Below the pieces are notes generated by a model, which searched no databases, had not been told where the DNA came from, and saw only the letters and a program-made list of their open reading frames with translations. A stretch of DNA of 49,263 nucleotides from contig BEIL01000002.1 of NCBI GenBank assembly GCA_002898235.1, forward strand, positions 1 through 49,263, written 5' to 3'. Of this stretch, positions 9,538 through 19,181 are shown one piece after another (within the stretch, counting starts at the first letter, position 1; the number at the start of each line of letters is the position of its first letter). Made by a program: the position numbers and the translations under genes. The DNA is from a bacterium HR35 (GTDB lineage Bacteria; Patescibacteriota; Minisyncoccia; UBA6257; HR35).

Positions 9538-9629
9538 AAGTTTTTTTAACAACTTTTTAAAAAATCAATGTATAAATTTAAAGTTTTTATTTATAAAATT
9601 TAAAACAAATTAACAATTCCCCAAGAAAT
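9462..9629. other. Candidate oriC region (end of dnaA to dnaN)
   Basis: One consensus DnaA box (TGTGGAAAA, 9462-9470) and an AT-rich 92-nt spacer; no cluster of perfect boxes seen. Confidence 0.3.
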
Positions 9630-10754
9630 ATGATTATTACTGTTTCTAAAGAAAAATTAAAAGAAATAGTCCAAATAGTAAGAAGTATTTGTCCTCGAAA
9701 AACTGATATTAATATCTTGAATTATTTTTATTTAGAAGCTAAAGATGAAGAATGTTCTATTTTAGCTACCGATTTAGAAATAAATTATCAAACAAAATTT
9801 CCCGCTAGAATCGAAAAAGAAGGTAAAATTTTGATTCCTGCTAAACAATTTGAAAACATTGTTGATAATCTTTATGAAGAAGATGTAACTCTTGAAGTCA
9901 ATGGCGATATTCTTTATTTAAGAGGAAAAAAATTTTTTCTTAATCTTCCTGGATTAAGTCAAACAGATTTTCCCACTTTTTCCCCAGTTATTAAAGATAA
10001 ATTTTTTGAAATCGACAATGAAATTTTTTTAAATGTTATTGAAAAATTTAAGCCTATTTTAAAAACATCAGATATTAGACCGGAGTTTGCTGGAGTTTAT
10101 TTCGATTTAACTACTCAAGGATTGAACCTGGTAGTCACCGATTCTTTTCGTTTGGCTTATCAAAAAATTAAAAACATTTTTTATGAAACCAATCTTGATA
10201 AAATAAGCGTTTTAATTCCTTTAAGATTAATTAAAGAATATCTTGGACTTAAGAAAAAAGGAGTAAAATTAAGGATTTATTTTGAAGAAAGTCAAATCTC
10301 GTTTGAAGTTGGCAATCATCTTTTTACTAGTAAAATTATAGCCTTAGATTATCCTGATTATAAAGGTTATTTAGAGCAAAATAACTTCCTTTTTACTATT
10401 GAAATTGAAAAAGAAGAAGTTTTAAAAGCTCTTAAACTGAATAAGGTTTATGCTGGAGATTTGAAAGAATTAGAGGTTATTTTTAACTTTGATGAGCAAA
10501 AGCTTTATCTAATTTCTAGAAATGAACTTTTAGGCGAGGTTAAAAATGAAATTGATTTTGATTTAAAAGAAAACAATTTTAACCGCAATGAATTTAAATT
10601 AAAATTTAATACTGATTTTTTCTATGATGGTTTTGATTCTTTTGAAGCAGAAAAAGTACTAGTTAATTTCTTTTCAGCTAGTGAAGATACTTTTCCTCTT
10701 TATTTAACTTCCCCCGCAGAAGAAGATTTTATCTATATTTCAATGCATCTTTAA
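9630..10754 (+). CDS. dnaN: DNA polymerase III beta sliding clamp
   Basis: ATDLEI, RPEFAGVYF, VVTDSFRLA, DYPDYK; follows dnaA. Confidence 0.95.
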   Translation: MIITVSKEKLKEIVQIVRSICPRKTDINILNYFYLEAKDEECSILATDLEINYQTKFPARIEKEGKILIPAKQFENIVDNLYEEDVTLEVNGDILYLRGKKFFLNLPGLSQTDFPTFSPVIKDKFFEIDNEIFLNVIEKFKPILKTSDIRPEFAGVYFDLTTQGLNLVVTDSFRLAYQKIKNIFYETNLDKISVLIPLRLIKEYLGLKKKGVKLRIYFEESQISFEVGNHLFTSKIIALDYPDYKGYLEQNNFLFTIEIEKEEVLKALKLNKVYAGDLKELEVIFNFDEQKLYLISRNELLGEVKNEIDFDLKENNFNRNEFKLKFNTDFFYDGFDSFEAEKVLVNFFSASEDTFPLYLTSPAEEDFIYISMHL

Positions 10755-10972
10755 TGTTAAAAAAAATCGATTTTAAAATTCCTCTGGTTTTTAAGATAGC
10801 TAATTTTTTAAAGAAAAACTTTCCTTATGCTAAAATCCAGATTAAAAAGAAAAAAGAACATTTAGAAATTTATTTTTTAAGTCCAGTAGATCCTTATAAA
10901 GTTGAAGAATTTAAAGCTTTTTTAAGACAGCAAAAATTTTTATCCTTTCAAATTTATTTTAAAAAGAGTTAA
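10754..10972 (+). CDS. Small basic hypothetical protein (possibly DciA-like)
   Basis: 72-aa ORF coupled to dnaN by a TAATG overlap. Confidence 0.55.
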   Translation: MLKKIDFKIPLVFKIANFLKKNFPYAKIQIKKKKEHLEIYFLSPVDPYKVEEFKAFLRQQKFLSFQIYFKKS

Positions 10973-12986
10973 GCCATTTCTGAACACCTATTTCCCATTT
11001 TTCAAATTGAGGGTCTTGGTAAGGATTTTCTGGAATTGGTCCTAAAGGATCATAACGATTAACATAAAAGAGAATATCATGAATTCCATATTCAGAAACC
11101 CAATTACCATTTAACATTGGTTTATTAACTATTCTTTGTTCTGGTGGATCAAATTTATTTTCAATTAAAATACCTTCTTCTTGAAGCTTGACAAGAAAAT
11201 CATGAAAAATTGGCAAAGCAGCGACCAAACTAGCACCCAAAGAATTCATTCTTTTTCCACTTGTATTTCCAGCCCAAACTCCAACAGCTAAATTTTTAGT
11301 ATAACCAAAAGTCCAAGCATCTTGATAGAATTGCGTTGTTCCAGTTTTAAGAGCAACCTCATCAGAACCAAAATCAGTTAAATAAAAACTCCTTTGAAAA
11401 AGCCCTCTTCTAGCCTCTTTATCTTTTAAAATATCAGTTACTAACCGAGCTGTTTCAGTAGAAATAATTCTTTTTTCTTGCGGAAAATATTCGTAAATTA
11501 CCTCACCATCTCTTTGAATTATTTTTAAAATTAAAGATTGAGAAACTAAAACTCCATCATTAGCTAAGGCTCCATAAAATCTAATTAAATCAGCCATTCT
11601 TATTTCAGCTGTTCCCAAACCGAAAGATAAACCATAATAATTTATTGGTTTAAGATAATCAATTCCTAATTCTTTTATCAAATTTTCAACCCTTTCCGGA
11701 ATAGCTAAATAATAAACTTTGACCGAAGGAACATTTCGAGATTCAGCTAAAGCTTGTCTTAAAGTCACTGGTCCTTTAAAAAGATTATCAAAATTTTTAG
11801 GACGATAATTATTACCAAAATCAGTAGGAACATCAAAAACAATAGTTTTATCAGGATAACCCAATTCAAATAAAGCAGCGTAAATCAAAGGTTTAATAGC
11901 TGATCCTGGTTGTCTAGGTCTAAAAGGAACATTAACCTGACCATCGATTGATTCATCAAAAAAATCTTTAGAGCCAACTAAAGCTAAAACTTCTCCAGTT
12001 TGAGGGTTAATAGCCATCAAAGCAGCATTAGCTCCTCCATATTTTTTTTTGTTTTCTTTAGCTCGTTTTTGAATAATTTCTTCGGCTATTTTTTGAATTT
12101 TAACATCTAAAGTAGTAATTACTTTTAAATTTAATTCTTCTAAGCTTTGATTAGGAAACATCTTTTTTAAAGAATTAACTACTTCCATAACAAAATGAGG
12201 AGCGATTATTCCTTGGTATTTATTTTTAACTAAACCTATTTCTTCTTGAAGACTATTTTGATATTCTTTTTCGGAAATGAAATTATTCTCATAAAGCTTT
12301 TTTAAAATAAAATCCCTTCTTTCTTTGAGTCTTTTAAGGTTTTCAGGAGAAGTGGGAGCATAAAAAGCCGGAGATTTAGCTATCGCAGCTAAAGTAGCAG
12401 CTTCAGCCCAATTTACTGTTTGAATCTTTTTATTAAAATAATAATCGCTTGCTGCTCCAATGCCGATATTACCCTCTCCTAAATAGATAAAATTTAGATA
12501 ATAAGTTAAAATCTCCTCTTTTGAATAACGGGATTCAATTTTAATAGCCAAAATTATTTCTTTCAATTTCCTGATAAAGCTTTTTTCATGAGATAAAAAA
12601 AGATTTCGAGCTAATTGCTGAGTGATTGTTGAACCACCGTAGGTTAAACTTCCAGTTTTTAAATTTAGATAAATCGACCTTAAAATACCTCTCAAACTTA
12701 TACCTTTGTGTTTAAAGAAATCAATATCTTCAGAAACAAGAAATGCTTTTATAACTTTATCAGGAATTTCTTGATAATCAACCCATTGACGCCGAAACCC
12801 AATTTTGTAAAGAAGCACTTTTTCCGTTCGATCATAAATTTCAACTCCGCCACTAATAATTTTTTCTCCTAAGATATTTGGATCAGGTAAAGTGGAAGCC
12901 AAATAAAAATAAACTAGAATTAAGAAAGAGAAAGAAAGAAAAAGAAAACTTAAAATTATTTTTAATAAAAAACCTCTTTTTTTCAT
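10959..12986 (-). CDS. Class A penicillin-binding protein (transglycosylase/transpeptidase)
   Basis: EDIDFFKHKG, GGSTITQQLARN, RKLKE; SxxK (GSAIKP), SRN, KTGT. Confidence 0.95.
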   Translation of the reverse strand: MKKRGFLLKIILSFLFLSFSFLILVYFYLASTLPDPNILGEKIISGGVEIYDRTEKVLLYKIGFRRQWVDYQEIPDKVIKAFLVSEDIDFFKHKGISLRGILRSIYLNLKTGSLTYGGSTITQQLARNLFLSHEKSFIRKLKEIILAIKIESRYSKEEILTYYLNFIYLGEGNIGIGAASDYYFNKKIQTVNWAEAATLAAIAKSPAFYAPTSPENLKRLKERRDFILKKLYENNFISEKEYQNSLQEEIGLVKNKYQGIIAPHFVMEVVNSLKKMFPNQSLEELNLKVITTLDVKIQKIAEEIIQKRAKENKKKYGGANAALMAINPQTGEVLALVGSKDFFDESIDGQVNVPFRPRQPGSAIKPLIYAALFELGYPDKTIVFDVPTDFGNNYRPKNFDNLFKGPVTLRQALAESRNVPSVKVYYLAIPERVENLIKELGIDYLKPINYYGLSFGLGTAEIRMADLIRFYGALANDGVLVSQSLILKIIQRDGEVIYEYFPQEKRIISTETARLVTDILKDKEARRGLFQRSFYLTDFGSDEVALKTGTTQFYQDAWTFGYTKNLAVGVWAGNTSGKRMNSLGASLVAALPIFHDFLVKLQEEGILIENKFDPPEQRIVNKPMLNGNWVSEYGIHDILFYVNRYDPLGPIPENPYQDPQFEKWEIGVQKWLNSF

Positions 12987-13011
12987 TAAAATTTATTTTA
13001 AACTATTAATC

Positions 13012-14658
13012 ATGAAAGATATTTGGGAGGAAATAAAAAAAAGGAAAAGAGAACAAGAAGAATTTTTGGCTCAAAGATTAGCTACTGAGTTAGGAGTTCC
13101 TTATTTTAATTTTGATTATTTAAAACCAAATCCATCTGCCCTTGAGTTTATTCCTAAAGAAATAGCTGAAAAGTTAAAACTTATTCCAATTGAAGACGAT
13201 GGAAAAAAAATAACCATTGCTTTAGTTAACCCTTTAATAGAAGGCTTAAAGGAATTTTTTCAAAGTTTAAGAGAAAAAAGAAAGGAAATTGTTTGGGGAA
13301 TAATTTCTGAATCAAGTTTAGCTAAAGGTTTAGAAGAATACGGTTTTTTAAACCTAAAGAAAATTAAAATTACAAAAACTTTAGATATTAAACCAGAAAT
13401 TGTTTCTAAAATCAATCAAGAGCTAACCCGCAAAGAAATGCTCCAAGCCTTTTGTCAAGATTTAATAAAAGAGTCTCCTTTTTTTATTTTGGACACCTTA
13501 ATAGCCGGAGCTTTAAAATTTGAAGCTTCTGATATTCATCTCGAACCTTATGAAGATAGAGCCGTTGTTAGGTATAGATTGGATGGTTTGCTTTATGATG
13601 TTTTAACCTTACCTCGACAAGTTTATGAAGTGATTAAAAATCGTCTCAAAATTATCTCTGGCTTAATGCTTAATATAACAGACAAACCTCAAGATGGTAG
13701 TTTTTCTCTTAATTATCAAGGAGAAAGAATTGACTTTCGAATTTCTTCATTGCCAACTGATTATGGTGAAGCTTTTGTGATTCGAGTTCTTATCTTTGCT
13801 AAAATAATTAAAAACTTAGAAGAATTGGGTTTAAGAGAAGACGATTACCAAATACTTTTAAAACACATCTATTCTCCCAATGGTCTTATTTTAAACACCG
13901 GACCAACTGGCTCAGGTAAAACAACCACCCTTTATTCAATCTTATTAAAAATCAAAAAACCAGAAATAAAAATAATTACTTTGGAAAATCCGATTGAATA
14001 CCGAATTGAAGGTATAACTCAAGTAGAAATTGATGAAAAAAGAAATTTAACTTTTGCTGAAGCTCTAAGATCATTTTTGCGTCATGACCCAGATGTTATT
14101 TTAGTAGGAGAAATAAGAGATAAAGAAACAGCCATTACTGCTGTTCAGGCTTCTTTAACTGGTCATTTAGTTTTATCAACTCTTCATACCAATGATTCTT
14201 TAGGAGCCATTCCTAGACTTATAAGCTTAGAAGTAGATAAACAATTAATCTCTTCTTCTTTAAAATTAGTGATTGCTCAAAGATTAGTTAGAAAAATTTG
14301 TCAAAATTGTAAAGAAGAATATCAACCCGATGAAGAAACCAAAAATAAAATTAAAAAATATTTAAATAATCTACCTAATAGAGTAAAACTAAATGTCGAT
14401 TGGGATAAATTAACTTTAGCTAAAGGTTTAGGTTGTTCTTTTTGTTTTAATACAGGTTATAAGGGAAGAATAGCTATTTTTGAATTGTTTGAAGTAAAAA
14501 GAGAGTTGGAACCTATAATTTTAAAAAATCCAACCGAAGAAGATATTTTTCAAAGCATAAAAGATGACTTTGTTACTCTTAAACAAGATGGTCTAATAAA
14601 GGTTATTCAAAAAATAACTACTATTGAAGAAGTAGAAAGAGTAGCTGGTTTGTTATAA
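13012..14658 (+). CDS. GspE/PilB-family pilus assembly ATPase
   Basis: ASDIHLEP, TGPTGSGKTTTLY, LRHDPDVILVGEIRD, TGHLVLSTLHTND, two CxxC motifs. Confidence 0.95.
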   Translation: MKDIWEEIKKRKREQEEFLAQRLATELGVPYFNFDYLKPNPSALEFIPKEIAEKLKLIPIEDDGKKITIALVNPLIEGLKEFFQSLREKRKEIVWGIISESSLAKGLEEYGFLNLKKIKITKTLDIKPEIVSKINQELTRKEMLQAFCQDLIKESPFFILDTLIAGALKFEASDIHLEPYEDRAVVRYRLDGLLYDVLTLPRQVYEVIKNRLKIISGLMLNITDKPQDGSFSLNYQGERIDFRISSLPTDYGEAFVIRVLIFAKIIKNLEELGLREDDYQILLKHIYSPNGLILNTGPTGSGKTTTLYSILLKIKKPEIKIITLENPIEYRIEGITQVEIDEKRNLTFAEALRSFLRHDPDVILVGEIRDKETAITAVQASLTGHLVLSTLHTNDSLGAIPRLISLEVDKQLISSSLKLVIAQRLVRKICQNCKEEYQPDEETKNKIKKYLNNLPNRVKLNVDWDKLTLAKGLGCSFCFNTGYKGRIAIFELFEVKRELEPIILKNPTEEDIFQSIKDDFVTLKQDGLIKVIQKITTIEEVERVAGLL

Positions 14659-14662
14659 AAAG

Positions 14663-15000
14663 TGGAGGTGGGGGGAATCGAACCCCCATCGGAGGAAAAA
14701 GAATTATCGGTTCTCCTAGCGCAGTCTGTTTTTAAAATTTGCTTTTTGAGAGGAAAAACAGACAAACCTCTCAAAAGCTAGGCTCTTAATTTCGGTTTTA
14801 GGCTAGAGCCATCACCTAAAACCTAAGAGGGATTTTTTTAACCCCTAAGAAACTCCCCTCTAAAGTTTCTTAGAAGCCGCTCTTTACTTTACGAAAGAGC
14901 GTAAACTGGGACTCTGTTGGCACTTTAAGAGGCTATTAAGGGAGCCACCCTGCTAGCTCCGATAATTCTTTTTTTCCTCCTCGACCTCCATTCCACCCCC
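14663..15000 (-). ncRNA. ssrA: tmRNA
   Basis: 5' GGGGGUG pairs with 3' CACCUCC-A giving the G3-U Ala determinant; T-arm GGGGGUUCGAUUCCCC; long P2 helix; tag frame at 14921..14889; adjacent to smpB. Confidence 0.95.
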
Positions 15001-15444
15001 TTAATATTTTTTGAGAATTCTTTCTTTTTCTCTTTGAAATTCTCTTTTCTTAATTTTTTCTCTAATCTCAAATTTTTTAAGACCCCGAACTAAAGCAATT
15101 TCAACTTTTATTAACCTGTTTTTATTATAAATTTTCAAAGGAATAATTGTCAAGCCCTTGTTTTTTAATTTACTTAAAAGATAATTTATTTCTTTTCTTT
15201 TTAAAAGAAGTCTCCTTGGCCTTAAAGGATTATAAAAAGGTGGTGTATTTTTTTCTTGATAGGGAGGTAAATAAAAATTTATTAAAAAAAGTTCATTGCC
15301 CTTTTTGCTAACATAACTACCTTGAAGACTGCCTTTACCACTAAAAATCGATTTTACTTCAAAACCATAAAGCTCAATTCCAGCTTCAAATTTTTCTAAA
15401 ATTTCGTAATTTCTAAAAGCATCTTTGTTTTGAATAAGCACCAT
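15001..15444 (-). CDS. smpB: SsrA-binding protein SmpB
   Basis: NYEILEKFEAGIELYGFEVKS, RPRRLLLKRKEI, LTIIPLKIY. Confidence 0.97.
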   Translation of the reverse strand: MVLIQNKDAFRNYEILEKFEAGIELYGFEVKSIFSGKGSLQGSYVSKKGNELFLINFYLPPYQEKNTPPFYNPLRPRRLLLKRKEINYLLSKLKNKGLTIIPLKIYNKNRLIKVEIALVRGLKKFEIREKIKKREFQREKERILKKY

Positions 15445-15465
15445 TGTTTTTTATAATTTAAGTTA

Positions 15466-17565
15466 ATGGGAAAAAATAATAAAAAATCAAAAATTAAAAC
15501 CGACTGGTTTGAAAAGATAAAAGTTATTCTTCTGTCAGAAAATTTTAAACCATTTTTAGGTTGGTTTTTAATTTTTCTTTCTTTTTTTCTTTTAATCTCT
15601 ATTTTTAGTCCTTATGGCAAAATAACTTCAAAAATAAATTTATTTCTTATTAGGTTTTTTGGTTGGAGTGAATATTTTTTAGTTTTTTCTTTTTTGGGTT
15701 TAGCCTATTTTCTTTTTAAAAATTTAAAATGGTTTGATGTTTTTAAAAGAGGTTTTGGTCTCCTTTTTCTATTTTTTTTCATCAATTTTTATTTTCATTA
15801 TTTTTTTCGCGAAGGCGGAATTTTAGGTAGCTTACTTTTTTCTCTTTCTTTTGCTTTGGGTAGCTTGGGAGCTTTTATCTTTTATTTTCTTCTGTCATTT
15901 TTTGGTGCCTGGCTTATTTTTGAAAATAAGTTCATAGAAATTTTTCTTAATCTCTTTTATCAAGTTAAACAAGAAACAGAAAAGATAAAGTTGATTAAAA
16001 AAGAACCAGTAGAAGCACCATTAAAGGGAGTAAAGCAGGAAATAAAATTAGAAAAAGAATTTAAAGAAAAAAAAGAATTAAAAACTGAAAAACCTAAAAT
16101 CAATTTTAGAAAAATTATTCAACAAGGAAAATGGGAATTACCACCAGTTGAAATTTTAAAACAAGCTAAAGAAGAGGTCATTGCTCCTGATGTTAAAAAA
16201 ACTTCAGAAATAATCTTGAAAACATTGGAAAGTTTCGAAATAAAAGCTGAAATAGTTAATGTTGAAATAGGTCCGGCAGTTACCCGTTTTTCTTTAAAAC
16301 CAGGAGAAGGAATTAAACTTTCAAAAATAATTAGTCTCCAAAACGACATCGCTTTAGCTTTAGGTGTTCCCAATTTAGTTTTAGAAACACCAGTTCCTGG
16401 AAGAGCAGTTATCGGAATTGAGGTGCCAAATATTAAACCAGCTGTTGTCAGAATAGGAAATTTAATTAATTCTCCTGAGTTTTTAAACTCTGATGAACTT
16501 CTGCTTTTTCCGGTGGGAAGGAAAATAAATGGCGAAGCTTATTTTGCTGATTTGGCCAAAATGCCTCATCTTTTAATTGCCGGAACTACTGGTTCAGGAA
16601 AATCAATTTTTATCCATAACCTTTTAATTTCTTTTTTAATGAAAAATACTCCAGAAACATTAAATCTTTTGCTTATTGATCCTAAAAGAGTTGAATTGAT
16701 TAATTATCAATCCTTACCTCATCTTCTTTTAGAGCCGGTAACTGATCTTAAGAAAGCTTTAATTGTTTTTAATTGGCTAGTTGAAGAAATGGAAAATCGT
16801 TATCAACTTTTAGAAGCTTCTGGTTCAAGAGATATCGATAGCTATAATCGAAAGCAAATTCAAAAAAAGGAGAAAATTATACCCCGCATAGTTTTAATCA
16901 TCGACGAGATGGCTGATTTGATGGTAACTTATGGTTCTTCAGTAGAGACAATGATTATTAGGTTAGCTCAAATGGCCCGAGCAACAGGTATTCATTTAAT
17001 TTTAGCTACCCAAAGGCCTTCAGTTGACATTGTTACTGGTTTAATTAAAGCTAATATTCCTAATAGAATTTGTTTTAAAGTAGCTAGTCAAATTGATTCT
17101 CGAACAGTTTTAGATGTAAGTGGAGCAGAAAAATTAATCGGCTCAGGTGATGCTTTGTTTATTTCGACTGAACTCCATTTTCCTTTAAGAATCAAAACAC
17201 CTTTTGTTTCTGAAGAGGAAATCCATAGAGTTGTCAAGTTTTGGTCTCAGCAAATAGAAAAAATTTCTCCAGAAGAACTTCAAAAAATCTCTTTTGAAGA
17301 AATTGAAAGAAAGTTTTTGCCCGTACTTGACGAAGAAGCTGAAGATTCTGAACTTTTTAAGCAAGCAGTTTATATTGTAGTTAATGCTGGCAAAGCTTCA
17401 ACCTCGCTTCTTCAAAGAAAATTAAAAATAGGCTATGCTCGAGCTGCCAGACTTTTAGATTTAATGGAAGAGAGAGGAATAATTGGTCCTCAAGAAGGTT
17501 CAAAGCCAAGAAGAGTTTTGGTTACTCCTGAAGAAGTTGAGGAACTTTTTAAAGAAGAAGCCTAA
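15466..17565 (+). CDS. ftsK: DNA translocase FtsK/SpoIIIE
   Basis: N-terminal TMs; MPHLLIAGTTGSGKS, IIDEMADLM, ATQRPSVD; gamma domain ASTSLLQRKLKIGYARAARL. Confidence 0.97.
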   Translation: MGKNNKKSKIKTDWFEKIKVILLSENFKPFLGWFLIFLSFFLLISIFSPYGKITSKINLFLIRFFGWSEYFLVFSFLGLAYFLFKNLKWFDVFKRGFGLLFLFFFINFYFHYFFREGGILGSLLFSLSFALGSLGAFIFYFLLSFFGAWLIFENKFIEIFLNLFYQVKQETEKIKLIKKEPVEAPLKGVKQEIKLEKEFKEKKELKTEKPKINFRKIIQQGKWELPPVEILKQAKEEVIAPDVKKTSEIILKTLESFEIKAEIVNVEIGPAVTRFSLKPGEGIKLSKIISLQNDIALALGVPNLVLETPVPGRAVIGIEVPNIKPAVVRIGNLINSPEFLNSDELLLFPVGRKINGEAYFADLAKMPHLLIAGTTGSGKSIFIHNLLISFLMKNTPETLNLLLIDPKRVELINYQSLPHLLLEPVTDLKKALIVFNWLVEEMENRYQLLEASGSRDIDSYNRKQIQKKEKIIPRIVLIIDEMADLMVTYGSSVETMIIRLAQMARATGIHLILATQRPSVDIVTGLIKANIPNRICFKVASQIDSRTVLDVSGAEKLIGSGDALFISTELHFPLRIKTPFVSEEEIHRVVKFWSQQIEKISPEELQKISFEEIERKFLPVLDEEAEDSELFKQAVYIVVNAGKASTSLLQRKLKIGYARAARLLDLMEERGIIGPQEGSKPRRVLVTPEEVEELFKEEA

Positions 17566-17879
17566 GACCTTAAACTTTCAATAAAATTTTTTAGCAAATT
17601 AGGAACAAAAAAAGAAGCAATTAAAAGAATTAAACCTAAAATAACATAAAGAAAAGACTGATGAAGTTCTTTAACTTCTCCTTTAGCAAAAATATATTTT
17701 AAACCTAAGAAAATTAAAACTAAACTACCAAAAAGCATTAAAGCCGAAAAGGCAAAACGAATAATGTTAGTTAAAATCCTAAAAACCTCTTTTTCAATTT
17801 TAGCAAAACCATCTTCCTGAGCTAAAGCTAAGTTATTAAAAATTAAAATTAAAACTAAGATCAATAATATTTTTTTCAT
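17562..17879 (-). CDS. TrbC/VirB2-like pilin
   Basis: Signal-like N-terminus (LALAQ) and two TM helices flanking GLKYIFAKGE. Confidence 0.7.
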   Translation of the reverse strand: MKKILLILVLILIFNNLALAQEDGFAKIEKEVFRILTNIIRFAFSALMLFGSLVLIFLGLKYIFAKGEVKELHQSFLYVILGLILLIASFFVPNLLKNFIESLRS

Positions 17880-17916
17880 TAACTTAAATTTTATTTTAAA
17901 ATTAAAAGAGAAAAAA

Positions 17917-17987
17917 GCCCCTATAGCTCAAAGGAAGAGCGTCTCCGTCCTAAGGAGAAGATGGAGGTTCGAGTCCTCCTAGGGGCA
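17917..17987 (+). tRNA. tRNA-Arg(CCT)
   Basis: Acceptor GCCCCTA/TAGGGGC, anticodon arm TCTCC-GTCCTAA-GGAGA, GTTCGAG T-loop; no encoded CCA. Confidence 0.92.
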
Positions 17988-17993
17988 AAGTTA

Positions 17994-19181
17994 ATGAAGG
18001 CTAATTTTTATTTTTTTATTTGTCTCTTTTTAATTTTTCTTTTATTTATTCTTCAACCTCAAAGAACTTCATTAGGAAGGTTTAAAGTGCTTTCTTATCC
18101 TGAATTGCTCAATAATTATCAGCGAATAAAAGTTTTAGATTTAGCCAATAAAGAAATTTATACCCTTTATTTATCTAAAGATATCAAACTAAGCTTAGGA
18201 GATGAGTTGATTTTAGAAAATTTTTATCTTCAAAATGAAAAAATTTATTTTCCTCAAAAAATAATAGTCAAAAAAAATAAAAATTTTTTCCTAAACTTAG
18301 CTCAAAAATTAAAAGAATTTTATGATAATCGAATTCAACAAAACCTTCCTTGGCCAGAAGAAAATATTTTAAGGGGAATTATTTTAGGAGAAAAAATAGA
18401 AGATTATGAACTTTATCAAAATTTTCAAAAAGCAGGAGTAGCTCATATTTTAGTTGCTTCTGGTAGTAATTTGGTTCTAATTTCTTCAATTTTTCTTTTA
18501 ACCCTTAGAAGTTTGAAATTTTTAAACTTCAAAATCGCTTCAATTTTGCTTATTTTAGTTTTAACTTTTTATTTGTTTTTAGTTGGCTTTGAAGGCAGCA
18601 TTTTAAGAGCTTATCTTTTTTCTCTCTTTTTAATAATTATTAAAAATTTTGCTGGAAGAATTCCTTTGAAAAGAAATATTATTATTACTTTAGTTTTAAT
18701 TTTTATCCTAATTTCGCCTAAATTCTTTTTAGAACTCGGCACTCTACTTTCTTTTTTATCTTTTTTAGGAATAATTTATTTAGCTCCGTTTTTAAAAGCT
18801 AAATTCTTAAATTTTGTTAAAAACAATTTTTTTTCTGAGGTTATTAGCCAAACTCTTAGTTCTTATATATTTGTTTTTCCTTTGGTTAATTTTTATTTTC
18901 AATCATTCAATATTTTTTCGCCCTTTTTCAATCTCCTAATTTTACCCCTTCTTCCTTATGTTTTTTTCTTAGGTCTTTTTTCTTTTTTACCCTTTTTCTC
19001 CTTTTTAGTTTTACCTCTTCTTTATTTTTTGAAAATGCTAGTAAACTTAGCCTCAATTTTCCCTTCTATTTCAATTTCTTTTCCTCTTTCTTTTTATTTT
19101 CTTTACTTCTTAGTTATTTTTTATTTTGTCTATAAAATAAACAAAAATGAAAACATTGAATTTAATTTTGCTTTTCGCTAA
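17994..19181 (+). CDS. comEC: ComEC/Rec2 competence protein, membrane part
   Basis: GVAHILVASGSN, SILRA, LLSFLSFLGI; start moved to ATG 17994 because 17961 lies inside the tRNA. Confidence 0.9.
   Translation: MKANFYFFICLFLIFLLFILQPQRTSLGRFKVLSYPELLNNYQRIKVLDLANKEIYTLYLSKDIKLSLGDELILENFYLQNEKIYFPQKIIVKKNKNFFLNLAQKLKEFYDNRIQQNLPWPEENILRGIILGEKIEDYELYQNFQKAGVAHILVASGSNLVLISSIFLLTLRSLKFLNFKIASILLILVLTFYLFLVGFEGSILRAYLFSLFLIIIKNFAGRIPLKRNIIITLVLIFILISPKFFLELGTLLSFLSFLGIIYLAPFLKAKFLNFVKNNFFSEVISQTLSSYIFVFPLVNFYFQSFNIFSPFFNLLILPLLPYVFFLGLFSFLPFFSFLVLPLLYFLKMLVNLASIFPSISISFPLSFYFLYFLVIFYFVYKINKNENIEFNFAFR

Noticed and set aside
17961-17993. Longer N-termini for comEC (17961) and the MFS gene (33005)
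   Set aside because: These starts fall inside tRNA genes; downstream ATGs were used
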